A stretch of DNA of 64,000 nucleotides from the human T2T-CHM13v2.0 reference genome, Homo sapiens. The notes beneath the pieces are model-generated. The model was not told the DNA's origin, searched no databases, and worked only from the letters and a program-made list of their open reading frames with translations. Positions 15,468-29,190 of the stretch are shown one piece after another; within the stretch, counting starts at the first letter, position 1, and the number at the start of each line of letters is the position of its first letter. Location: assembly GCF_009914755.1 (NCBI RefSeq), contig NC_060933.1; one strand, written 5' to 3'. Both the position numbers and the translations under genes were made by a program.

Positions 15468-15925
15468 CAGCAGTACCCAACCTTTTTGACACCAGGGACC
15501 TGTTTCATGGAAGACAATTTTTCCACGGGTGGGGGGCTGGGGCATATAGTCTCAGGATTCCTTTCTTAGGAATAGAAAGCTCCACCCATGTGTGTTCCCA
15601 TCCCCTGCAGGGACACCAAGTTAACAACTATCTACACAGAAAAAACACCTTCATAAGAACCAAAAATCAGGCAAGTACTCACAGTACCTGGATTTAACCA
15701 CAGATCATCAGGCATTAGTTAAATTCTCATAAGGAGCATGCAACCTAGATCCCTTGCATGCGCAGTTCACGCTCCTATGAGAATCTAATGCTCTGGCTGA
15801 TCTGACAGGAGGCAGAGCTCAGGTGGTAATGCTCTCAAGCCTGCTGCTTGCTTCCTGCCGTGCAGCCCACTTCTTAACAGGCCACAGACCGGTACAGCCC
15901 ATGGCTCAAGGGCTGGGGACCCATG
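15468..15925 (+). mobile_element. MER1B (hAT-Charlie) with a foreign internal insert
   Basis: TIRs cagcagtacccaacc / ggctggggacccatg; perfect 8-bp TSD cattaaag (15460-15467, 15926-15933). Confidence 0.85.
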
Positions 15926-15933
15926 CATTAAAG

Positions 15934-17850
15934 TATATTTAACGTGGGGTTTCTGTAGCCACCATGTAGTTAGACCTTGTTTTTTTTTTTTTTTTTTAAC
16001 ATAATCTGAAAATCTGTGCCTTTTAACAGGGATAATTAAACCACTTATATTTAAAGTTGTTGTTGATATGGTTGGGCTTAAACTTGCTATTTTTTTTTTC
16101 TATTTGTCTCATTTGTTCTTTGCTTCCATCTTCCCTTTGTTTTCTCTTTTTTTTTATTAATTGAGCATTTTTGTTATGGATTCATTTTATTTCCTTGTTG
16201 GCTTATTGGCTGTATCTCTTTATACTTCCTTGTCTTTTTGTTGTTGTTGTTGATACTTTAGGGCTTTATTACATACATATTGTATTAGTCTACCTTCAAG
16301 TAGTATTTTGCCCCTTCACATACAGAATCAAAACTTTAGACCAGTATACTTCCACTTCTCATCTCCCACATTCGTATAATTATGTTCATACATTTTTGTG
16401 TCTATGTATGCTAGCCACCCCATAATACAAGTTACTATTTTTCTTAAATGAATTATTTATGTTTTAAATAGGTTTAAAATACAAACTGTATTTGATATTT
16501 ATTATCACTTTTTCTTCTTTCAGTAATCTCACAGTGTGGATCTGCTGGTGATGAATTCTTTCAGTTTTTTCACATATATGTATTACAGATATTTTCACTG
16601 GGCATAGAAATCTAGATTGGCAGGGTTTTTCCCCCCATACTTTAAAAATGTTGTTCTGCTGTCTGCTGTATTGCATTGTTTCTGATCAGAAGTCTGCTTT
16701 TTTTCCTATATTTGCTTTTCTACAAAATGTGTCAATCTTTTCTTCAGCAGCTTTTGAGATTTTTTTTCTTTATCATTGGTTTTGAGCAATTTGGTTATGA
16801 TGAATCTTACTGTAGTTTTTTTTATGTTCCTTGTATTTGGGGTTTACTGACCTTAAAAATGTGGATTTATAGTTTTGATCAACTTTAGAAAACTTTTTGC
16901 CATTGTTTCTAAAATTTTTTCTGTCTTTGCCCTCTCTTCTCTCCTTTAGGTACCAGTTAGATATACGTTAGGGTGTTTGAACTTGCCCCACAGCTCAGTA
17001 ATGCTCTGTTCATTTTTACTTTTAGCTTTTTCCTCATTTCTTTTTTCATAGTTTCTCTTGCTGTGTCTTCAATTTCCCTTCTCTTTTTCAGTGGCCAATC
17101 TGCTATTGACCCCATCTGATATATTTTTCTCAATAGTAGTCTGGATTTTTTTGTTTTTTTATTTTCCATTGTCTCTTTTTAACATCCTTAGTCTTCTAAC
17201 TTTTTAGTGATATTGGATATAATTTTAATAAATGTTTTAATGTCCTTGTCTACCAATTCTATTACATGTCATTTCTGGTTTGTTTTATTGATGTTTCTTT
17301 TCATTATGGTAATTTTTTCATTCCTTTAATGTACCTGATAATTTTTTATTGGTTACCTAAAACTACTGTATATATCAGAACCAGACTTCATTCTTCCTGT
17401 TTCTTTTAGACGGATCTTTACTGAGCCTTAGATAATCTACACATGTCTTGATCATTACTCAGCTGAAGTTTTGACAGGGAGGGGACACTCAGTTTTCCAG
17501 AATTCTGTCCGTACAGCTCTTGCCTCTCCATGCAGGTCTCTCCCCTCAAGTACAACATGCTGTGAATTTCAGTCACGTTGGCTTCCCCAGATTTTCAGAT
17601 CTTGTCTCTTCAACTTGGCTGCCTGCTCCTCACACAGCAGACTAGAAACTCACTCTCCAGACAGCAAGCTGGGTAGTCATAGGGCTTATGTAGTTTTTTT
17701 GTTTTTGTTTTTCCCTTGTGCCGCCTGTTGCCCCGTATCGGAAACTGTGGTTTGATGTTTGTTGTTTTTCTTCCTGCTTTTTAGTTGATTAGGGTGGGAA
17801 GCTATATCTGGTCCCCGTTATTCTAGCATGGCTGAAAACAGATATCCCTT
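15934..17850 (-). mobile_element. Old L1M (ORF1/5' region) fragments
   Basis: minus-strand ORF1-like remnants (track ORFs 16464..16676, 16957..17169); boundaries approximate. Confidence 0.55.
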
Positions 17851-18311
17851 CTCTTTCACTTTTTATTTAGTTAACTATTTTAAAAGGTGACTAACAGCTG
17901 CACTCATTACTGCTGATTATTTTGCCATTTAAATAGTTGAACATGAATTTTGAATTTCTTACAGGTACTATGTGTAGAAATATTTCTGTTGCTTCAAATG
18001 TATAGAGCAAATAGTTTTTCTAGAATTAAAAATATAGTACAGTTAAGATTATTCATTTATGAAATTCTTAGTTCTCATGTTTTATATGCTGCTATGAAGT
18101 TTTTAAAGTAGATTTTGGTAAGATATAGAAAGATTATAAGATAATTGTTTTACTAAACAACTTGTTATTATCTATTCCAAAGATAAATATGAGTATTTGG
18201 AGGTTTTCTGATATTATTATTATTATTATTATATATTAATCAGAATAATACATTTTTGCCTGACCATTATTTGCTACTTACTGGATGAGATAATCTTCAT
18301 ACTTTTCTCTC

Positions 18312-20364
18312 TAAAGAAAATTGCAACAATTCAGTCACCTCTTCAGGCTCCAATTCTAATTCTAGTTCTCTTGCTATATCCACCATATCTGCAGTGACTT
18401 GCTCCATTGAAGTCCTGAATTCCTCAAAGTCGTCCATGAGGGTTGGAACCAGCTGTTAATTTTGATATTTTGACCTGTTCTCATGTATCACAAATGTTAT
18501 TAATGGCGTCTAGATGATGAATCCTTTCCAGAAGGTTTTCAATTTACTTTGCCCAGATCCATCAGAGGAATCACTATCTATGGGAGCTGTTGCCTTAAAA
18601 AATGTATTTCTTAAATAATGAGACTAATATTATTTAAGTCAAATATACAATGTTACATATAATATTAAGAAGTTGAAATTACTCCTTGATCAATTTGCTA
18701 CAGAATAGATGTTGTGTTAGCAGGCATGAAAGCAACATTAAGCTCCTGTACATCTCCATCAGAACTCCAGTGACAATGTGCATGGCCAATGAGCAGTAGC
18801 ATTTTGAAAGGATTTTTTTTCCCTGAGAATAGGTCTCAGTAGTGGGCTTTAAAAATTCAGTGAACCATGCTGTAAACAGATGTGCTTTCAAAGTCAGTCT
18901 TTGTTTTTCCATTTATAGAGCACAGAGTAGAGTTAGCATATTCTTAAAGGCCCTGGGATTTTCATAATGGTAAAAGAACATTGGCTAACTTCAGGTCACT
19001 AGCTTCATTATCCCTTTAAGAAGAGATTCAGACTGTCCTTCGAAGCTTTGAAGCTAAGCATTGACTTCCCTTCTCTAGCTATGAGAGTCCTAAATGTCAT
19101 CTTCTTGCAACAGAAGGCTGTTTTGTCTAGTTTGGAAATCTGTTGTTTAGTGTAGCCATCTTCATCAATGATCTTAGCTAGACCTTCTGGATAACTTGCT
19201 GCAGCCACTTGCCACTTCATCTTGCACTTGTGTGTTATGCAGGTGGTTTCTTCCCTTAAACCTCGTGAACAAACGTCTGCTTCCAACTTTTTTTCTGCAA
19301 CTTGCTCATGTCTCTCAGCCTTCATACAATTGAAGAGAGTTAGGGCCTATCTTAGGAGAATGTTATAGCTGGTTTGATCTTCTATCCTGTATTAGGCCGT
19401 TTTCATACTGCTGTAAAGAACTGCCCAGGACTTAGTAATTTATAAAGGAAAGAGGTTTAATTAACTCATAGTGCAGCATGGCTGGAGAGACCTCAGGAAA
19501 CTTACAATCATGGCAGAAGGCAAATGGGAAGCAAGGCACTTTCTTCACAAGGCAGCAGGAAGGAGAAGTGAATGCAGGAAGAACTACCACACACTTACAA
19601 GACCATCAGATCTCGTGAGAACTCATTCACCATCACGAGAACAGCATGCAGGAAACTGTCCCCATGATCCAGTTACCTCCACCTGGTTTCTCCCTTGACA
19701 CATGGGGATTGTGGGGATTACAATTCAAGATGAGATTTGGGTGGGGGACCTAGCCAAACTGTATCATATCCAGACCACTAGAGTATTCTTCCTGTCAGCA
19801 ATAAGGCTGTTTCACTTTCTTATCATTTGTGTGTTCACTGGGTTAGGACTTTTAATTTTATTCAAAAACTTTTCCTTTGCATTCACAACTTGGCTGTTTG
19901 ATGCAAGAGGCCTACCTTTTAGCCTATCTCTGGTTTTGACATGCACTTCTTAACATTAATCATTTCTAGCTTTTGCTTTTGATTTAAAAGTGACAGACAT
20001 GTGCCTCTTCTTTTTATTTGAAAGAGGCCATTGGAGGGTTATTAATTGTCCTAATTTCAGTATTGTTGTGTTTCAGAGAATAGGGAGGTCCGAAGAAGAG
20101 GGAGAAAGTGGGGAGAATGTCCAATTTGTGGAGCAGTGAGAACACACACATTTATTGATTATAACACATATAGTTAAAATGAAAAGATTGAAATATTGTG
20201 AGAGTTACCAAAATATGACAGTGAGGCACTTAGTGAGCACATGCTGTTAGAAAAATGGCACCAATAGACTTGCTTGATGCAGGGTTGCCACAAACCTTTA
20301 ATTTGTAAAAAATGAAATATCTGCAATTCACAATAAAGCAAAACATTATAAAACAAGGTATGTG
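18312..20364 (-). mobile_element. Tigger1 DNA transposon (decayed, 3'-truncated), split by a THE1 LTR
   Basis: transposase remnant AAASYPEGLAKIIDEDGYTKQQI...FKASKD (track ORF 19008..19325); degenerate TIR near 20320-20364. Confidence 0.88.
19388..19766 (-). mobile_element. THE1-family (MaLR) solo LTR
   Basis: TG...CA termini, 5-bp TSD tatcc (19383-19387 / 19767-19771), THE1D-like body. Confidence 0.88.
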
Positions 20365-20609
20365 TATATATGAATTTACTACTTTTGATAGTCAGGAGAA
20401 ATGGTATTATTCAAAATAAAATTTGCCCACAGTTACACAGCTAGTAATCAGCACTGCCAGTATTTATCTCAGGTTTTTTTCAGTTTAACATCTATGTTCA
20501 TCCTGCTATCATATTGCTGTTGTGTAGTCATAAACTTTAGGAATTGTTCCAGCAGGATAGCTTACCAGCTTACCTGCAACACGCTTCTGTTTCTTTCTTA
20601 CCTTTGTAG

Positions 20610-20891
20610 TTTTTGAGACACAGGGTCTTGCTCTATCGCCCAGGAGTGCAGTGGCATGATCAGTGCTCACTGCAACCTTGACCTCCCAGGCTCAATAATC
20701 CTCTCACCTCAGCCTCTGCAGTAGCTCGGACTACATGTCTGCACCACCATACCTGGCTAATCTAATATTTTGTAGAGACAGGGTCTCACTATATTGCCTA
20801 GGCTGCTCTTGAACTCCTGAGGTCAAGTGATCCTCCTGCATCAGCCTCCCAAAGTGCTGGAATTATAATAGGTGTGAGCCACTGCGCCCAC
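20610..20891 (-). mobile_element. AluJ-like
   Basis: diverged antisense Alu. Confidence 0.85.
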
Positions 20892-22584
20892 CCACTTTTA
20901 TACAGACGGATGCTTCCTTTTCCTCTGCTCCCTTAGACTTTTCAAGCTTATGCTCATTCCGTTTTCCAGACTTTTGATCTTTCCTTGAAATTTCAACTAC
21001 TAGTTATTCTCAGCTTCCAACCAACTTTTTCCGCACTAAATTTGAAAGGGAAAACAAAGGAAGCAATATCAGACTTTGGTAACTAACTTCACATTCCAAA
21101 CAGGCACCATTTAGAAGCATGTGTTTCTTAATAGGCTCCATTTACATCAGTGATAAGTTGAATGTGAAGTTTATTTGGAATTATATTTATAATCAGAAAA
21201 TATGTTGGAAAACTTGCAGTTAATGTCTGTTGTGGAATGCTCTGGATGTTGGTTATTGGTTTGATAGTGGACTTTGAAGTTTATTGTAATACAGATGTCT
21301 CCATCCACACCATGGAATTTAAAAAATATAGACATTTAAAAATGTTTCCCTCAAATTAAAAAAAAAAATACATGAAGTTGAAGTCAGCTGTTTTGTTTCC
21401 CTCTTAGTCCACATTCCCTCCTTCCTTCTTCCTTGAGGTAATATCAATTTGGTGATACGTTGTGTATATTTCCAGTACCATATTTTAAAAACTATTATTC
21501 CTGTCCAGAAAATATATACTTGTGTTTTTAGTGTCTTACAGAAATGTTACACTGTTCACCTTGTTTTGCTATGTTCTGTTTTCATTCAGATATTCGAAGT
21601 GTAACCATATACTGATATATAGGTCATTATTTTAATGATGTTACATGATTATATGGATTTGAAGAAAATTTTCTTATTTTTCTATTATTGAGATTGTTTT
21701 CATTTTCATTTTTTTTTATAATGAAAGTGGTGTGGTGAACATCAGTGTCTTGAATGAATGTAGTGAACCTGAATGAATACACATGTGTAAACATTTCTCT
21801 AGGTATGGAACTAGGAGCAGAATTCCTAAGAAGAAAGTACATTTTCATTTTTACTAAGTTTTTGCTGAATTATTCTTCAAAGTTATTTTATCAATTTACA
21901 TTCTACCAGTAGTGTATGTGAGTTCCTGTTCACATCATTTTCAACTGTTGATATCACCATACTTCTGATTTTTTTTGCAGTTTGTTGGTATTAAAAGATA
22001 CTCCATGAATATAATTTGTATTTTCTTGATTACTAGGAATGTCAAGTATCTTTTCATCTGTTTATTGGTCAGTTTTTCCATTCTGTGAATCATGTTTACA
22101 TTCTGTTCCTGTTTTCCTCTTGATTGCAACTTTTTTAATGATTTTTAGGCTTTTTGAGTGTGGTGGTTATAAACCCTTTGTCAAGTATATTACAGATATT
22201 TCCCAGCCTGTAGATTGTCACTTTTATCATATAAATATTTAAAATTTTGATTTTTTTCTGTGAATTTTTTTCTACTATTTTTATCTAAACAAAAACTTAT
22301 CTTTAAACAAATTAGTCCCTATCCTAAAATCAAAAAGATATTATCTTATTCCCCTGTAGGATGCTTAAAGTCTGTTTTTGAGATTCCTATTATATAAAAC
22401 TATAGAGATTTTTCTTGTATGTTTTAGGATAAATAATATGTTTGTTTCTTTTCTAATTTATATAAGCAAGATGAATATTGCCTGATAGTTCCTTTGTTAA
22501 GATAGTTACATGGACATATTTTTTTTACACATCTTTAGATTCTTAGATTAATGATACTAAATATTATTTGTTTTTCTTTCCCAG

Positions 22585-22688
22585 ATAAGAAATCATTTTT
22601 CAGTCCCACTGTCTGTTTATGAAGGGGATACCTTATTGGGAACTGCCTCACCTGAAAATGAATTCAACATACCATTAGGATCTTACCG
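22585..22688 (+). CDS. VPS13A: VPS13A exon ~46 (104 nt)
   Basis: tcccag|ATA AGA...TAC CG|gtattt; IRNHFSVPLSVYEGDTLLGTASPENEFNIPLGSY. Confidence 0.93.
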
Positions 22689-23886
22689 GTATTTTGTCTT
22701 TATCATTTTATTTACTCTAAAATCTCTTGTAGAATTTTTAGTTTCTGATTTCACATGGATAACTTTGATCAAATCCATCCTGCTAATAGCTTATCTAACG
22801 TATTTAGGTTTCAGTGCACTTAGATCTTAAAAAAGAAGTATTATTTAATTTATTGTAATAACTTATACCAAGCACACTATATATGCTTTTCTCTTAAATA
22901 TAATTATATTTTGATTGCAATATAACCGTCATAAGCATAGTCATATGATTATGAGTTTTAAAAATGTCTAATAGATCATGCCTGGTGGTTTCTGAATTTA
23001 TATATACTATTATGAAGTAATTTGTACTTCTCAAAGGTTTTATAATACAATTTTTTTGAAATTCCTTTAGTAAACAATATTTTATCCTTTTCTTTTCATA
23101 TTTGTTCATTGTTCAGGGTTGGAGTTGTAATATAAATAGAAGTATATACTATATTAATTTTAAATTTTTAAAGTAATTAAATTTGATACAATATGTTTTA
23201 AGAAAATATTAAAATTATAACAAAATATGAGCTAGTCTTATAGATTTTATATCATAACAAGTAAGTATTAGTCAAGATATGTAATCTGGAATTGAAAATA
23301 ATCTCTTATGTGGAAATTGAACCTTATTGGAGAATAAAACTGTTCTCAGAATTAAGCATTGTAGTTTGTTTAAATACCATTTTAGAATACACACTAGAAA
23401 TAGGTACTTACCTCAATGCTACAGAAGGACAGAGGCAAAACTGCAAACAGTGCTTACCTGTTCTCTTGTCCAGAAGTTCAGAATGGGATCCTCAATGCTC
23501 CGAAGACAATCTAGCAGTTTTAGGCACCTATTTTCACATAGATCGACCTGCTAAACCTAAAGAGTGTTTTATTGCTTAGTTCAGACTTGCTGAGGGAAAG
23601 AATTGTATTGTTGAGAGAACAACAAAATAGTCATTTACAGTATCTGACCTTGCTCTAGAGAGGATTTGGGGTGGGTTACAAGACTAGATTAAATATGGCA
23701 TGTAAGATATATTTAAAAATTTCTGTGAAGAACTTTCATTTTCTTCTTGGATAATAAAAGTTAATGATATTCTACTTTTTAATACATTTCTGCTATATAT
23801 TTTGTATCTCTGTCCATAGTAGAGAAAACAGTACCTTTATACTTTTTCCAAGGCTGAATATTAATTTGTTACATGATAGTTAATCC

Positions 23887-23977
23887 ATCTTAATGAGAAT
23901 TAGTAGTGATTAATTCATCTTAATGAGAATTGTTACTGACTAAGTACTTCATCTTAAGTAGAATTATTAGTGACTAA
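23887..23977. repeat. Degenerate ~31-bp tandem repeat x3
   Basis: catcttaatgagaatt(a/g)...gtgactaa units. Confidence 0.7.
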
Positions 23978-24001
23978 CCAGCTTGGATTTCTCATTAGGC
24001 A

Positions 24002-24222
24002 TTTTTTTTTTTTTTTTTTTTTTTTTTGAGATGGAGTTTCGCTCTTGTTGCCCAGGCTGGAGTGCAATGGCGGGATCTCAGCTCCCAGGTTCAAGCGAGT
24101 CTCCTGCCTCAGCCTCCTAAGTAGCTGGGATTACAGGCATGTGCCACCATGCGCAGCTAATTTTGTATTTTTAGCAGAGACAGGGTTTGTCCATTTTGGT
24201 CAGGCTGGTCTCGAACTCATAA
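24002..24222 (-). mobile_element. AluS, 5'-truncated, with internal deletion
   Basis: long polyT; the Alu body stops after 'gtctcgaactc'. Confidence 0.85.
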
Positions 24223-25904
24223 TCTAGGTATTCTTTTAATCTAGTACTTCAGTATAGGTGCACTTATATTTAAGATGTGAGGTTTTAAATTAACAAATGG
24301 CTATCTTTCTCTATTCTATTTCTATTCTTAGATTAATGATACAGATAAATATAGATGCAGATAAACACAGGAAAACAATTTATATTTTATTAAAATATTT
24401 AAGTAGAATTTAAATATACTGATTCTTTTATTCATTTAACAAATATTTATCAAGGTTTTCTGTGGGTGAGACACTCAATACCAAGATGAATTGCATGTGG
24501 CTATTGCCATCAAAAGATGGATATATTACATAAATGTATAAAGTAGGAAACAGTGGGTTATAGAGAGTTATAGAAAGTGTTAGAGTTGCCAAAAACTGTG
24601 GAAAACATAAAAGGGATTAATGACTGACTCCTGGGCAAGATACATGAAGTACGGTAACATCTGTAATATAGTAATATGGAGATTAGAAGGAAAAGGCTAT
24701 CTAAGAGGAAGGCATGCATGAACAAAGATAAGGAAGCATGAAAGCATAGTGTTAAAAGGAATAGTTGGGAATTTGTTGGAATGTAGAGTGCATGTTGGAA
24801 GATAAAATTTGAAAGATAAGTTCACAGTTAGATGGTTGCTCCCTCATTTTCTTGCTCCATTTTTATAAATTTTATCTCCATCTATTAGTTTGATCTGTTT
24901 TTTTCTTCTTGTCTCAGATAATTTGATGTTCTGTTTCAAGACCATTCACACTACCATATCTTCTCATTTAAAACCTCCTGTCATTGATTATCTTTCTTTC
25001 CTGTTTTCCTTATTCATTCCTTGAACTTTCCTTTGACGTTTTATATTTCTCTTACTCAGATTTTCTCTTCAGAACACCCTTTTTGGGAAAATTGTCACTT
25101 GGCAAATACCTTGCAGTCTGTCTAGAAAGAGCCAACCACTCTGCCCTCAGTCTACTCTAAACATATGTTTTTTGGTACCTATCACAATGCAGTAGTTATC
25201 TTTTAACATTTTAACATTTCCCACCTGATTATGATCTTACTCATTTGTTTGTTTTCAATTTTGCCTTCTTGTTGGTACATAATAGGTCCAATAAATGTTT
25301 TGATAAACTGGATAAGTGTATTACGATTAGTTTAATTTGGAAAAAATTAAGGTTTTGTCTTTAAGTATTAGAAGTAAGAGTGGAAAATAGAATGAAAATT
25401 ATAGAAGGAATGTAGAAGTAGAATAGGCTATATCTGTTAACTGTTTTGACAAATAATTTATATGCTTCAGTCAGGTAAGAAGGAAGTCTAATTGTTTCAC
25501 AGTCCAGGGTGCCAGTAGCTGGAAGTCACTGAAAAAGGACATGCAGAAAAGTGGGTAGAGTGGGTTCAGTGTTCAGTCTAGCAAATTTAAGGTGCCATCA
25601 GAAATTACTACAGAAATACATCATAGATATTTGACATTTTAGGAGTAGAGCTTAGGAAAATAATCAGGGTTGAAGATAGTTTTGACCATTGTTCATCTAT
25701 AAAGGACAGTGTTGTCTCATAACTATAGCTAATTAGTTTTACAAATATAAAAATATTTATGAAATGTTTATTCTTGGCTACAGTGTGGGTTCAAAAATTA
25801 AGTATAAAATATTGCTGAAATGTAAACAATGTAATATTCAAATATAAAGATTAACCATGTGACAACCAATAATTTTGTCACCATTTTCTTAAAACTACTC
25901 TTCT

Positions 25905-27000
25905 GCAATGGCAAAAAAATCCAAAATTGACAAATGGGATCTAATTAAACTAAAGAGCTTCTGCACAGCAAAAGAAACTATCATCAGAGGGAACAGGTAA
26001 CCTGCAGAATGGGGAGAAATTTTTGCAGTCTATCCATCTGACAAAGGACTAATATCCAGAATCTACAAAGAACTGAAAAAAATTTACAAGAAAAAAACAA
26101 CCCATCAAAAAGTAGGTGAAGGATATGAATAGACACTTCTCAAAAGAAGACATTTATGTGGCCAACAAATGTATGAAAAAAAGCTCATCATTACTGGTCA
26201 TTAGAGAAATGCAAATCAAAACAACAACAAGATACCATCTCACGCCAGTTAGAATGGCAATCGTTAAAAAGTCAGGACACAACAGATGTTGGAGAGGATG
26301 TGGAGAAATAGGAATGCTTTTACACTTTTGGTGGTAGTGTAAATTAGTTCAAGCATTGTGGAAGACAATGTGGTGATTCCTCAAGGATCTAGAACCAGAA
26401 ATACCATTTGACCCAGCAATCCCATTACTGGGTATATACCCAAAGAACTATAATAAATCATTGTACTATAAAGACAGATACACACATATGTTTATTGCAG
26501 CACTGTTCACAATAGCAAAGACTTGGAACCAACCCAAATGCCCATCAATGATAGACTGGATAAAGGAAATGTGGCACGTATACAGCATGAAATACTACGC
26601 AGCCATAGAAAAGAATGAGTTCATGTCCTTTGCAGGGACATGGGTGAAGCTGGAAACCATTCTCAGCAAACTAGCACAGGAACAAAAAACCAAACACCGC
26701 ATGTTCTCACTCATAAGTGGGAGTTGAACAAGGAGAACACATGGACACAGGGAGGGGAACATCACTCCCTGGGGCCTGTTGTGGGGTGAGGCGCTAGGGG
26801 AGGGAGAGCATTAGGAGAAATACCTAATGTAGATGATCGATTGATGGCTGCAGCAAACCACTATGGCATGTGTATACCTCTGTAACAAACCTGCACTTTC
26901 TGCATATGTATCCCAGAACCTAAAGTATAATTAAAACAAAAACACTAAAGCAGAAAAAAAAATAATAAAGTAAAATATCATACTGATGTTTAAAAAAAAA
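25905..27000 (+). mobile_element. 5'-truncated L1PA (about PA6-PA8), 3' end
   Basis: ORF2 C-terminus (track ORFs 26116, 26461), 3' UTR, A-rich tail. Confidence 0.9.
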
Positions 27001-27365
27001 CAGCACTGTTCCGCATCTATTGACTACGTTTTAATAACATTAAATATTGATTGAAAACTTTCATTTGATTAATGTTGGAAAGCTTGCGATTATTTTTTCA
27101 ATAGTAATTTTTTTTAGTTTATGAATTCAGTCATGGCATTTATTTCCTTTTAGGCCCATGTATCCAGAAAAGCCAAATTCTTTCAGTTATATATGCAAGT
27201 CACAGATGATTCTATGTGGTTTTCTTTGCATATATAACTGATACGATTCATGTATTTTTATATGAAACCATTTATAAGTGTACTTTTAAGATAGTAAGTT
27301 TGTAAGAAAAATATTCTCCTCTTAAAAGTCAAACAACTTGATGAGCTTCCAGAAAGTTAAGATGA

Positions 27366-27676
<311 letters not shown>

Positions 27677-27834
27677 TTATCTATCTTACTTATATCGTAA
27701 AAAGTATATGAAAATATAAAAATGTACTACAATATTATGAAAGGAGGTAAGTTTGTTATTCTAAAGCTGTAATTATATAGTTTAATATGTTTTCCTTTAA
27801 AACATTTTAAACTGTATCATTTAATCTCATGCAG

Positions 27835-28117
27835 ATCATTCATTTTTCTGAAGCCAGAAGATGAGAACTATCAAATGTGTGAAGGAATTGACTTTGAAGA
27901 GATTATAAAAAATGATGGTGCTCTTCTAAAGAAGAAATGTAGATCTAAAAACCCTTCTAAGGAATCATTTCTCATTAATATTGTTCCAGAAAAAGATAAT
28001 TTAACATCTCTATCAGTGTATTCAGAAGATGGTTGGGATTTACCATACATAATGCATTTGTGGCCACCTATCCTGCTCCGAAATCTTCTTCCTTACAAAA
28101 TTGCTTATTATATAGAG
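27835..28117 (+). CDS. VPS13A: VPS13A exon ~47 (283 nt)
   Basis: atgcag|A TCA...ATA GAG|gtatcg; SFIFLKPEDENYQMCEGIDF...PPILLRNLLPYKIAYYIE. Confidence 0.94.
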
Positions 28118-28541
28118 GTATCGGCAAACTGATTTAGTGCCTTCCTGTTTTTGATTTTGTAGTTTCAGTTTTTTAAGATTAAGATCAATAAAAACTATTT
28201 TAAAGATCTAATAAAAATTAGAATACTAGTAAAGAATAGGTAATGCAGATATTCTTTTGCAACAAGTATGAGAATTATTATTGAAATAACATTTAAGAAC
28301 TAGACTTCAGTGACAAAAAAGCATGCTACATTATGTTGTATTCTTTTAGTGCTGATTTTCTTAAAAGATTGTATACTTTGTGAAGTTGCTTTTTTTCTTT
28401 CATACTCTGTGTGGTTTCTTCCTGTTGTTATAGGAATCCATACATCTTAAGATTTTATGTAAATATTTCATTTGCAGTGCTTATCAAATGGAAGAAAGTA
28501 GTTCTTCATTGTCATCTATTATAGGTTTATTTTACTTTTAG

Positions 28542-28851
<310 letters not shown>

Positions 28852-28944
28852 GTTTACACTTTTCTGATACATGTCTCTTTTGGAGGAAAAAGTTAACATA
28901 TTTATGGTTTTAAATGTGTATTTCCATATTGAATAACAAATTAT

Positions 28945-29190
28945 CATAGTGGTTAAGAATTTGTACTTTGCTGTCAGGTAGATTTGAAATTGCATCCTAG
29001 CTCTGTCATTTGCTAGCTGTATGTTCTTAAGCAGGCTTTATTGCTTTTCTAAATCTTTTGCTGTGGTCTGTAAAATGAGAATAATAATAAAATTTGCTTG
29101 GTTAAGACATGGGGGAAATCAAATTAGATTGTGTATGTAAAGGATTTGGTACAGTGCCTCCCAGACACAGGGTTGCCATTTATTTATCAC
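28945..29190 (+). mobile_element. MIR SINE
   Basis: 'atagtggttaagaat...atcctagctctgtcatttgctagctgt...ctgtaaaatgagaataata' MIR core. Confidence 0.7.

Noticed and set aside
17950-17970. Possible recursive splice site (tttcttacag|gtact) in the 8.8-kb intron 45
   Set aside because: The reconstituted donor is weak and such motifs occur often by chance; there is no other support.
19008-19325. Possible domesticated transposase gene
   Set aside because: Frameshifted and split by an LTR, with a degenerate catalytic region; this is a decayed Tigger1.
23887-23977. Repeat-spacer-looking array (also 8541-8636, 9194-9251, 10645-10683)
   Set aside because: Only 2-4 degenerate tandem units, no unique spacers and no cas genes; ordinary slippage repeats in a eukaryotic intron.
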